Part shown: positions 25,690 to 35,741 of the stretch, in pieces
Layout of the letters: each line of letters begins with the position of its first letter
Position numbering within the stretch: position 1 is the first letter of the stretch
DNA from: Anthoceros angustus
Lineage: Eukaryota > Plantae > Anthocerotophyta
Direction: 5' to 3'
DNA: 64,000 nt
Assembly: GCA_010909165.1 (NCBI GenBank)
Contig: MU008224.1
Location: forward strand, 59,444 to 123,443
Notes under the pieces: model-generated
The model's input: the letters and a program-made list of their open reading frames with translations, nothing else
What the model was told of the DNA's origin: nothing
Database searches by the model: none
Program-made: the position numbers and the translations under genes

Positions 25690-26348
25690 CTGCCAGCAGA
25701 TCAGAACAGAAAACCTTGTCAGACAGACATCCGCATTGTGCTCGTTACATTGCACAGCAGTCGCTAAGAGTCGGAAAGATTTTTCGGAAGAAGTGTACCT
25801 GTTTCAGCTGGGGATTTTCCATAGTGAAACAAAAGCTAATGTGAACCCCCGGGCACCTTCTGAGAAGGCTGTCTCTCCTTCCCAGAGGGAAAGCAAGTAA
25901 GGACGAACAAATCCGAAGCAACGAAACAGAGTTGCCAGATCACAATGGGTCGGTCGTGAGTGTTGCAAACACACGAGAAGTAGGCAATGGCAACTTTCTC
26001 AACTGACAACCGATTTATGCGAGAGAGGCTCATCCACAACAGCGATAAACCAGGGCCGAACTCCTGCGAGTCCTGGCCAACGGCCAGCCTCCATGAGTCA
26101 AATTGAGAGGACAAGTGTCCACCTCGTACAACCAGGGCGCCAGCTCTGCATGTCAGCCACGTGCCTGTGACTAAAGGCCGCCACCTTCGTGTACTGTTCC
26201 CTTGGGCGCTAGGATGGACAGCAGAAATCATACTCCGAGACTATACTGCGTTCGATTCGGGCAATCGGTGAGAAGGATTATTGCAATTTGGGAGTGTGAA
26301 GGAGACGGGAAGAAGCTGGTGGATCAGTTTTCAAAGGCCAGAAACTTG

Positions 26349-28085
26349 TCACGACTGCCTCAGCACGTCTGTGGAAGCCAACAGGTATTGTCGGGCAAAC
26401 GTTTTGGCTCTTTGAGCCTGTCGGATGACTGCCTCATCGAGAACATCTGGGAGGGGCTTCTTCCAGGGCATCTCTTCCACGCCGGGCATGGGCACCGAGG
26501 CCCCGATTCTGGCATGCTCCATCTTGGCCAACCACGACTTCATGCTGGATATCTTGAACTGGCCTTTGGAGCACATATCGTGTTTGACACTGAGGATACC
26601 ACGGTAGTGGTGGAAGGCTGCCACCTTGGGGTTCAGGTGGACTCCTCCCGTCTCAGGGTGCAGCACTCTGTGAATCCCGGCATTCAGGGTCTTCCTAGGG
26701 TTCGCAGCATACTTCCGTCTCCCGTGCGCACCCAGGCAGATGAACTCCTGGTCCACCGGGTGCCAGCACTCGGGCCTGGCCCTCCTCATCACAGCCTTCT
26801 CGATCTCCCAGTGCTCTTCCTTGAGAGACCTAATGCCGCTGTCCGAGTCCTGCGACCTATTCACATCCGCCTCCTTCATGGCACAGAGCTCGGTCTTGTG
26901 CGGCATGGACCCGAAAGTGACCCACGGCTTGTCCATATGCTCGGACAGGATGCTGCCCAGAGTGTGTGGAGGGTTGGGAAGCAGAAACTCGTCGAAGTCG
27001 AAATGCAAAACCCAGTTGGACATGGTTCTTGCTGCATTGAAGCAGTGGTTGATGGCCAGAACCTGATGGTGGTACCAAGCTTCATACCTCCCACCCTCCT
27101 GCACATCGATGACAGACAGAAAGCCGTCGGCTGCGTAGGGCTGGAAAACCCTCAGCAAGTCCGCATCCACCCCTCCAGCGTCATACATTACGAAGTGCAC
27201 CTTCCCTTCGAACATGGCGAAATGGTAAGCCAGCCACTGTCTCACAACCCCGGCGCTCACATTCCCATATATTGGAGCGCTGCAAAAGGCATACTCGAAC
27301 TGGAAAGGAGGCTGGAAAGCTGTAGGCAGGGGCAAAGCCTTCGGAGCCGCCTCCAGGGCCTCCACTCGGATGTAGTCTCCTTCCAGGGGCGAGAATGTGG
27401 AGACGTTGAGAAACAGCTTTCCTCCCAAGTCTCGATCAATGGCTCTGTCGAACTCGCAGTGCACAAACAAGGGCGAGTACGTGAGCCTGTAGGTCTCTCC
27501 AAACCACACTTGCCTGTACCTCTGCACCTTCACTCGCAAGGTCGGGAGACTGCTCCCCGGATACTCCCACTCACACGCATCCACAGCGCTGCGGCTCATG
27601 TTCTGCATGATCCCGGGGGTGAGCCCCAGCACGGAAACGGTTGTGGGCGAGATTGGGTGCACGCTAAATCGGACAAACATGAAAGGCGCCAGTCCATGTT
27701 CCTGAAACTGCCTCGGCCCCACCCCCTCCTCCCTTTGCAGCTCTCTCCCTGCTACCTGCTGTTCCCCGTAAGCAGGGAACAGCAAATTCCTCCGCAACAG
27801 CAGCCCGCTCAGCCGGAGCTCCGCACCCACACTCCGGTTCCTCAGGCCCTGGGCAAGCTCGTCCCGAGACTTTGCGAGCTTGTCCAGAACCCGCACATAC
27901 TGGAACTTGAGGTTCAGGTTGGCGCAGGTGAGCACAAAGCACGCGAGGATGAGGAGGAGAAGCACAAAACCGTTGGAGCAGGGACGGAGGGATGTGATGT
28001 GCGCTGTGAGACTTCTGGTGACCGAACTGGAGGGCCGCTGGCGGGCAGTGGATGGGAGAAGCCGCAGCTGCCGAGCTTGCGACAT
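26349..28085 (-). CDS. Glycosyltransferase family 92 (DUF23; GALS galactan beta-1,4-galactosyltransferase-like), single exon
   Basis: First ATG (MSQARQ) at 28085. TM segment FVLLLLILACFVLTC, then YAFCSAPIYGN, RQWLAYH, HFVMYDAGG, QVLAINHC, WVLHFDFDEFL (DxD) and GRRKYAANP...GIH. Confidence 0.9.
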   Translation of the reverse strand: MSQARQLRLLPSTARQRPSSSVTRSLTAHITSLRPCSNGFVLLLLILACFVLTCANLNLKFQYVRVLDKLAKSRDELAQGLRNRSVGAELRLSGLLLRRNLLFPAYGEQQVAGRELQREEGVGPRQFQEHGLAPFMFVRFSVHPISPTTVSVLGLTPGIMQNMSRSAVDACEWEYPGSSLPTLRVKVQRYRQVWFGETYRLTYSPLFVHCEFDRAIDRDLGGKLFLNVSTFSPLEGDYIRVEALEAAPKALPLPTAFQPPFQFEYAFCSAPIYGNVSAGVVRQWLAYHFAMFEGKVHFVMYDAGGVDADLLRVFQPYAADGFLSVIDVQEGGRYEAWYHHQVLAINHCFNAARTMSNWVLHFDFDEFLLPNPPHTLGSILSEHMDKPWVTFGSMPHKTELCAMKEADVNRSQDSDSGIRSLKEEHWEIEKAVMRRARPECWHPVDQEFICLGAHGRRKYAANPRKTLNAGIHRVLHPETGGVHLNPKVAAFHHYRGILSVKHDMCSKGQFKISSMKSWLAKMEHARIGASVPMPGVEEMPWKKPLPDVLDEAVIRQAQRAKTFARQYLLASTDVLRQS

Positions 28086-28664
28086 GGGCTCTGCTCTTCC
28101 TGCTGGTTCTTGATTCTGCCTCTCCTGGATCAATCTGCAGCCCACGGTAGCTCCCTTCCCTCCGTCCAGAGCCTCCCCCGTAGGTCAATTCAATGGCTTC
28201 GGGGACGTTTCGCACCAAGTTGCATTGCCTTCCAGGTTGAAGAAAGCAAACACCTCGTGGGATGTGCAGGAATTGGATCTGCTCTCCCTATCACGGCACA
28301 CGCCCTGACAAGTACATGGTCAGAAGCCTGCTCATGGCAAGGACAGACGCTACAGCCACCAGGCTGCCATGACATTATTTACGATCTGCACTGATCCGCA
28401 CTCGAAGTGCGTTGTATGTACATTCACCTATTATGTACAATACATGCCCAATACCTATTATGTATTGTAATGCAGCCCCATACAGGCGTCACTCTCAATA
28501 GGTGTCTCCTCTGCTTCCACGTCGACACCCAATGGCCATCAATGTTGGCTCGTGCAATGTGCGATTGGGACGTAGGGAAACGGGTTGCCTCGGGCACTCG
28601 GGACGTCACGAAGGAAGCGGGTTGGCTCGAGGATCGGCACTCGGGAGTCGGGACGAAGGGAAAC

Positions 28665-28967
28665 GGAATGGAGGGAATGGAGGGAATGGAGGGAATGGAG
28701 GGAATGGAGGGAATGGAGGGAATGGAGGGAATGGAGGGAATGGAGGGAATGGAGGAATGGAGGAATGGAGGAATGGAGGGAATGGAGGAATGGAGGAATG
28801 GAGGGAATGGAGGGAATGGAGGAATGGAGGAATGGAGGAATGGAGGAATGGAGGAATGGAGGAATGGAGGAATGGAGGGAATGGAGGAATGGAGGAATGG
28901 AGGAATGGAGGGAATGGAGGGAATGGAGGGAATGGAGGGAATGGAGGGAATGGAGGGAATGGAGGGA
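28665..28967 (+). repeat. (GGAATGGAG)n / (GAATGGAG)n minisatellite
   Basis: Pure 9-mers at both flanks, mixed 8- and 9-mers in the centre. Confidence 0.95.
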
Positions 28968-29193
28968 AAAACAAAACCCCCGTGGAGGTCGCTTATGCTT
29001 ACTTATTTGTTGGATGCCCTGCTGGGAAGAGAGATGAGATTTATGGGGAACAACCCTCATCAGGGCACCAGGCGAAGGAAGCTCATCTTGAAACTATTTA
29101 CTACTCCAACAATTTTGTGCTCCGGTATATTAAAAATCTATTCTTGAAACTATTTACTACTCCAATAATTTTGTGCTCCGATATATTAAAAAT

Positions 29194-30005
29194 CTATTTA
29201 CCACCTGGGCCGAAGATGCCGCATCCCCTGCACTTGCCACCGTCCTGTACATTGTGTTCGCCATTCACCATCGCCCTGTGCAGGGCATTGGACACTCGTT
29301 GCCTGAAGAAAGCCATAGTACTAGAAAGGGGGAGACAAACCCCATTTTTGCCAGAGTGGTAAGCCTTGGCACAAGCTTCGATGAAGCTGAAGAAATCCTT
29401 GCCCATGGCCCCGTGAGTCTCGATGGCAAAAGGGATGTGAAGAAATCCTTGCCCATGACCCCGTGAGTCTCGATGGCAAAAGGGATGAAGGCGTAGCCAT
29501 CCTGCATGGCAAAGAATTTGTGGATCTTCATTGTCACGCGTCCCTCTAGTACCCACCCTGGAGGATTAAGCATAACATGCTCACAGACATTGTCCCAAGT
29601 AGGGTTTATTACAACCACATCAGCAACAGAAACTTGGTCCTCCCAAGTCAAAAACAGTTAAGCCCTAAGAGAAATACCGTTGAGCAGAGTATATGGGCAC
29701 TCTCTATAGGGGAGGAACCCGTTCTCCTTAGCCATCAAGAACATGATATTGCAAATGGCGTCATGAATAGCAATGCACTGCTCGCCAATGGGACGGCGAG
29801 CCAGGTGGGTCCTAGTGTCGTCAAGAGGGGCTCCACAACTGCATGTTGAGAGAGAGTAGGCCATAGGTTGGACCACACCCAGATAGAACCTCATCGCAGT
29901 AGAAAAAGTTGCTGGTGCGATGCGGAAAACTTCGATACAAGGTCGGGCCAGAAGCCAGAAACCTGTTCCATCTCCGACCAAGAGCGGAGGCGAGCTCGAG
30001 TACGC
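29194..30005 (-). mobile_element. 5'-truncated CRE-like non-LTR retrotransposon fragment (post-RT region, Zn knuckle, restriction-like endonuclease)
   Basis: RARLRS(fs)LVGDGTGFWLLARP...FSTAMRFYLG, CSCGAPLDDTRTHLA, IAIHDAI, LRA*...ADVVVINP, FIPFAIETHGAMGKDF and FFRQRVSNALHRA. Stops, frameshifts and an internal duplication of about 50 bp (29394-29490). Confidence 0.75.
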
Positions 30006-30051
30006 CTAGGGCCTAGCATTTTTTTTTGGGTGCGCAAATGCACAGTAACAC

Positions 30052-31920
30052 CGTCTATGTAGAAAGGGGTTTCTCCTGAAACCCCTTTTTGCACTTGAAA
30101 AAATCCGCACTATAATCAGCCTTTTTGGTATTTCTCTGCAAACATGTCACCCGCAACCTTTTGAATAATTGTTTTGATACACGTTATTTGAGATTGTAGA
30201 TTGCAAGTCGTGGCAAAAACCTAAAGTCTCATTCTTGTTCGGCTTTTCTTTCAAATGGACCACGAGTCGTGCGCAAACTTATGCGCACTTATATCTAAGA
30301 TATCCAACACGGCAATCATTGCGGTGTTGAACATCTCTAAATGTGTAGAGTTTTTAGGGCTTCTTTAGTAATTCATGAAACAAGTTTGCGCACCAACCTT
30401 TCATTCATAACAATCAATCCTAAGACTATACTCTCGCTCTGGGAATTTTACAGGACTTTGTTTCTTAGACATTGGGACAATAATATCTTCGTTGACCTGA
30501 TGCTCTTGATCCACGTGCAGTACGAGAATGAGAATGGCATGGTCTGCCCACGCTAAACGTCTCAAGATTCAAAAGATGCAAAAGGTTCTCACTACTAGTT
30601 CAAAGTTTTAGCCACTAGAAAAAAGATGAGGGCTAAGTAAAGATAAGTTTGGATACGTTTGGCTTTGGCGAAGCCCAAGGCGGAGACCCGACGGATCTTC
30701 CTCTTACTAGTACATATCCACATTAGGAAGATGCACAAAAAAGGTTGAAAACGTCGAAAGGAACCCTTTAAAACAAAAAATATATCAAAAGCAATTCCTA
30801 AAAATTCAAAAAAATATCAAAATTTTAGGGCAAGTGCGGGCACTTGCCTCAAAAAATTAGACTTTTTTGGGATTTTTTTGAGGTCTTTTAGATTTTTTGC
30901 TCTTTTTTTCTTTGGATGAACCGTCTGGGAATGCACTAGGAGGCATAAACCATATAGGTTTATGCTCTTAGCCCTTCTTGACCTTGCGTGCGCGCACCTT
31001 GGCCTCCTTGCCCCTTGGTGTGCGCACAAGTGCGCGCACCTGGGCCTCCTTGCCCCCTATGCGTGCACCTGGGCCTCCTTGCCCCCGGTGCGCGCACAAG
31101 TGCGTGCACCTGGGCCTCCTTGCCCCTGTCGTGCACAGGCCTCCTTGCCCCTGCGTGCACTGGGCCTCCTTGCCCCTTGGTGTGCGCACAAGTGCGCACT
31201 GGGCCCCTGCCCCAGTGCGCGCACAAGTGCGTGCACTGGGCCTCCTGCCCCAGTGCGGCGCACTTGCGCCTTGGCACAGTGCACTTGTTCACCCAGCTAG
31301 GCCCCCCTGGCATGATTGATGATAAGCCGGTACTAGATCACCGCCGAAAGAGACGGAAACACCGTAAAGGATAAAAAGGGGATAGGGTGTTCTTCGTCGC
31401 AATAGGGCATAGGATAGATATATGAGAGCGGTCTAGGTGAACCTCCGCCGATGTCTACTACTTGTTATTTTGTCGAGAGTTCCGACAGATCCTCAGACCT
31501 CCAAAAGGACATGTTCCCCATTAGAAGATCATTTTTCGCGCTCTTTTTGCACAGTGCATGCACAAGTTTGCGCATAGCGTTGTTTAGACGTGCACTTATG
31601 CGTGCCTAGGCCCCCTTAGTATACAAAAACATACAAAACCATACAAAATGCAGAAACTACGGACATGACGAAATTATGGAACAATGAGGTCACTGACCCT
31701 TCATCACACCGACTAAATCGCCATGAACCTAAGTACAAGGCGCCAGCGCGGTATAAATGACTCGACCGGAAGTGGTGCCGGAGCCGAGAATGCCCGAAAT
31801 CGAAGGATGAACACCTACAAAAACCAATAAAAACCAAACCAACTTTGTTTTCCGGCGAAATAGGGTTGGGATTTTTTCCAAAACCCCTTTTGACAGGAGA
31901 AACCCCTTTCTACACAGACG
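30052..31920. mobile_element. Non-autonomous DNA transposon (MITE-like, about 1.87 kb) with 27-bp TIRs
   Basis: Left CGTCTATGTAGAAAGGGGTTTCTCCTG (30052-30078) versus reverse complement of 31894-31920 CGTCTGTGTAGAAAGGGGTTTCTCCTG, one mismatch. No coding region inside and no clear TSD. Confidence 0.7.
30975..31290. repeat. GC-rich internal tandem array (GTGCGCACAAGTGCG..CAC.TGGGCCTCCTTGCCCC units)
   Basis: Variable-length units rich in GTGCGCAC/GTGCAC palindromes, inside the TIR element. Confidence 0.85.
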
Positions 31921-32429
31921 CTGTTCAATTACTCTATCTTCAAGAGGCTATAAATGTGGTAATATATAATTTTCTTGTCGAGTAAATATTTGGAAGATTA
32001 AAAAATTTGATTCTCAATATAGTAGTTGAGTGACTGTCCATGTTTTAATATGTGAAGGTCCCCCATTCCACTTTGTAGACTAAAGCTATTTCTTTTCATG
32101 AAGTTTTAGTTGCAGATTTAGTGGGGCTATATTAACAATGTATTCAATGTGTCTAGTTTGAAGACTAAAGCTTTTCTTTTTCATGAAGTTTGTGAATTGG
32201 AGATGTTTGTTTTCGTAAACTTATTACGAAGTTTAACTTGGAGAGAGGTGGATTGTTATTCTTGGACAAAACCTTGGTGGCTAGTAGTGATGGAAGTGGG
32301 TCGATATTTTAAGCCCATCAAAGAAGGGGATGGAGGTTGTGTGTTGTGGCATAGCGTAGCAGGTATGGACACTGTGTTATAGTGCGGAGATGTTGAATTG
32401 TTGCATTGTGTGGATTGTGAAGTTTGCTA

Positions 32430-32501
32430 GACCCTACCAGGCTTTTAAATAAAATTCTTCTTCTTCTTCTATGACCTGGCCAGCTTGACCCTACCAGGCT
32501 T
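32430..32501 (+). repeat. Short 57-bp unit with AATAAAA(TTC)n tail, circularly permuted
   Basis: GACCCTACCAGGCTT at 32430-32444 and 32487-32501 brackets TTAAATAAAATTCTTCTTCTTCTTCTATGACCTGGCCAGCTT. The same unit occurs inverted at about 33193-33252. Confidence 0.7.
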
Positions 32502-33192
32502 CACGATGTGTGATGGGGGATAGGAGTTGCTGCACAGCATGGACAACCAAGATGGCAAGATATACATACAGTCATCAGCCGCAATATATTTGCTATATTA
32601 TATTTATCACAATATATTTATAATAATATATATGCCATAATATATTTTACTACAAAATATTTAACGTAATACATTTTGCTGGAGTATATATGTCACAATA
32701 TCTTAGCCCAAGTATATGGAGCCACAATTCATTCACATGACTGTCACAGTTACAGCCATAGCCACCATATAATCCACATCACAATCTACAATCCACACCA
32801 AGATCGACAATCCATAAAGGTGGAAGGCGGGTAATTAATATGGGGTGTGGGCAGTGCTTTGTTGGTATTGTTGTGGAAAGTCCTACTTACACCTCTCAAC
32901 GAACTCCACCATCAAATTCCTACTTACACCTCTCAACGAACTCCACCATCAAATCCACTCAACCCTTATCACAATACTGCTCTTGGTTAGCAACAGTGCC
33001 AATAGAATGGCTCACAAATTCGGTATTAAGATTTCGAATGAAAATAAACACATCAACATGAAGTGAAAGCAAGCACCCACAACACGCTCCGCCTCACAAG
33101 CTTTGAAACCATTTCTTTGTACACCATCCTCCATCATTGCTCTGCAACCTTTCTACTATGTCAATCTTATCTGTATCTTACAATGCCCTTAT

Positions 33193-33445
33193 CATAGAAG
33201 AAGAAGAAGAATTTTATTTAAAAGCATGGTGGGGTCAAGCTGGCCAGGTCATAGAAGAAGAGGAATTTTATTGAAGTCCACTAAGGACGGAATTCCGTCA
33301 TGGGACTTGGTACTTAACAACTTGTACCATGGTGTGCCTAAGCTACTTGCACCAAGGGCATCCACTCCCTTTAGGCACCCCTTAAGTACCGATCTAACCT
33401 CAGGATGCTTAATCACGGAGTTCTTATAAAAGTGTGTTTATTTGG
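33193..33445 (-). mobile_element. (TTC)n-tailed repeat copy 2, followed head-to-tail by the 57-bp tailed unit
   Basis: Homologous to 6268..6495 and 33826..33933; contains the palindrome GACGGAATTCCGTC. Confidence 0.55.
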
Positions 33446-33825
33446 CCTAAGCCATTTGGACATGTCTATCTCGGTTGTGAGACGAGGGACACCTTTTGAC
33501 TGCCGTATGTTTATCTACTGCCTGTCACAAAATAAGATACCTAATTTTTCAATAGTTATAAAATAAGAAACCAAAGAGATTTTTTATTAATTTTAAAATA
33601 AGAGACCTAAGAGATTTTTCATTCTTTTTATTGAGAGGTTCGGAATGATGCCCGTGCAAGATACAAACTTGTTTGTGCATTGTCGAGTCATATGAGAAAT
33701 TGCGTTTACTTATTTAACAAGAAATTGAGTTTACTTATTTAACAATGTCCGGCCGAGTCATTCGGAATGACTGAGGGTTAAGAATGACGCATGCCGGGCT
33801 TAACTTCATGAAATCCCAAGGGCAA

Positions 33826-33933
33826 TGAAGAAGAAAGAAGAAGAATTTTATTTGAGTCCACTAAGGACGGATTTCCGTCATGGGACTTGGTACTTAACAA
33901 CTTGTACCATGGTGTGCCTAAGCTACTTGCACC
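33826..33933 (-). mobile_element. (TTC)n-tailed repeat copy 3, more strongly 5'-truncated
   Basis: Matches copies 1 and 2 from the tail to CTACTTGCACCAA, then diverges. Confidence 0.55.
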
Positions 33934-34494
33934 AATGGCAATTGAAACAGGGGAAAAAGAACTTTTAAGCAAAATTCCCAGGAAATCCTCACACGATGTG
34001 CCTTACACAGGTTCCAACTTCCAATAAACAGGTAGATGGGCCTTACAACAGACAGGCATGTCAGTGCTTTTCAGTCCTCATTCCGCTAAAAGTTATCCAG
34101 TTCAGGATCTTAATTAAGTTACAAGAACGCCCTGAAGCTCTAAGCTCAGGACTTCGAAGTACATACATGTACATATGTAGTGTGCACCAGACTCCAGACT
34201 CTGGAGTCTGGAGCACCTGGCTCTGACTAGTACAACAGTACAACAGGGGACTGTGCAATACGATTGTACAGTGGCTAGTAGATCTTTGTCTCTTGCACAA
34301 ACAGTCTGTAACTAGTCCTGGACACTCCTGGAATCGAAGAGACAACTTGGAAGAAACAAAAGTTCGTGATTCTGTTACTTGCATGGTACCGTACGTCCTC
34401 CAAAGCGCACCACAAGACTACAACATTAATCGTGAGCATTACAAATCTAGCAAACGAGAATGAGCAATTGCTCCTATCAAGAGAACATACAACA

Positions 34495-35296
34495 TCAATG
34501 AAGCACACTGGTCCGACTAGGATGACGGTTCTGCTCCAGGGCTGGGAGAAGAGAGTTGTACAACAGGGCCGCGAAGATATCAAGAGGTCCTGGCAGACAG
34601 TAGTGGAGGCAATCAACTCCACCGACGTGAGCGTCAGGACGCTTGTTCACAATGGCGGCTAAGTCGATGAACGTGTGGCCAAAAGTTTCCACTATGGTCC
34701 TCGCCAGCTCATTCTGTTCTGCAAACTTTCCCCAGTTGTGGGGCATGGTCTCCGTAGGCAGGGGTTCAGAGATGGGTCCATCATACATGGAGCAATTCGG
34801 GTGCCCTGCAGGACGAAGAGTAATCACAGTGACCAAACGACCAAGCATAAAAGTCAGATGTCTACAAGGGAGGCTTACTTCTCCTGCATGAGTGGAATGC
34901 ACATATATATCAGACCCAGCCCTCACCCACCATGAGGGTGCTCCGGTAGAAAACCATCGTAGAAGGATATCTTGCTCGGATGATGTGAAGCGTGTTGATA
35001 AGGTGCTCTGTGTAATTGCCGTTGTTTTCGTAATGGGCTCCTCTGTTCAGAACAAGGATGGAGACTTCCCACTCTTGCATGAAGGAAATCCACGGGAACT
35101 CTTGAAATCCAGAGGAGTTCCGCATGCACTTTTCCCACTTTTGCGTGAGAGAGAGCCTGTCATTGCGCACAAAGCCAATATGGAAGCCGTCTTCCCCGAC
35201 AATGTCCTGGCAAACCTTGAAGTGGAGGCTAAAGGACTTCCAATTGTTGAGGGGCAGCCGCATCCCTCTTGTGTTCCTCAACAAGTAGTTGAGCAT
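34495..35296 (-). pseudogene. Partial 3' duplicate of TBL-like copy 2 (no GDS motif, 1-bp frameshift); possibly assembly artefact
   Basis: 34043..35299 repeats 35296..36547 almost exactly (offset about 1250 bp), joined at TTAC. GGG at about 34934 versus GGGG at about 36182. Confidence 0.7.
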
Positions 35297-35741
35297 TACA
35301 ACAGACAGGCATGTCAGTGCTTTTCAGTCCTCATTCCGCTAAAAGTTATCCAGTTCAGGATCTTAATTGTTACAAGAACGCCCTGAAGCTCTAAGCTCAG
35401 GACTTCCACATACATGTACATATGTAGTGTGCACCAGACTCCAGACTCTGGAGTCTGGAGCACCTAACTCTGACTAGTACAACAGTACAACAGGGGACTG
35501 TGCAATACGATTGTACAGTGGCTAGTAGATCTTTGTCTCTTGCACAAACAGTCTGTAACTAGTCCTGGACACTCCTGGAATCGAAGAGACAACTTGGAAG
35601 AAACAAAAGTTCGTGATTCTGTTACTTGCATGGTACCGTACGTCCTCCAAAGCGCACCACAAGACTACAACATTAATCGTGAGCATTACAAATCTAGCAA
35701 ACGAGAATGAGCAATTGCTCCTATCAAGAGAACATACAACA

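Noticed and set aside
26202-28394. 730-aa + strand ORF
   Set aside because: Antisense shadow of the GC-rich GT92 gene; no recognisable domain.
28665-28967. Human satellite III (GGAAT)n contamination
   Set aside because: The unit is an 8/9-mer containing GGAG rather than tandem pentamers, and it is embedded in contiguous plant-type sequence.
28407-29362. ORFs with MEG/WRE/NGG repeats
   Set aside because: Translations of the GGAATGGAG minisatellite, which is open in many frames.
30817-31374. Cys/His-rich CAH repeat ORFs
   Set aside because: Arise in all frames from the tandem array inside the TIR element; no start context or domain.
33250-33930. Hammerhead ribozyme in the (TTC)n-tailed repeats
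   Set aside because: No CTGANGA...GAAA core found on either strand by eye.
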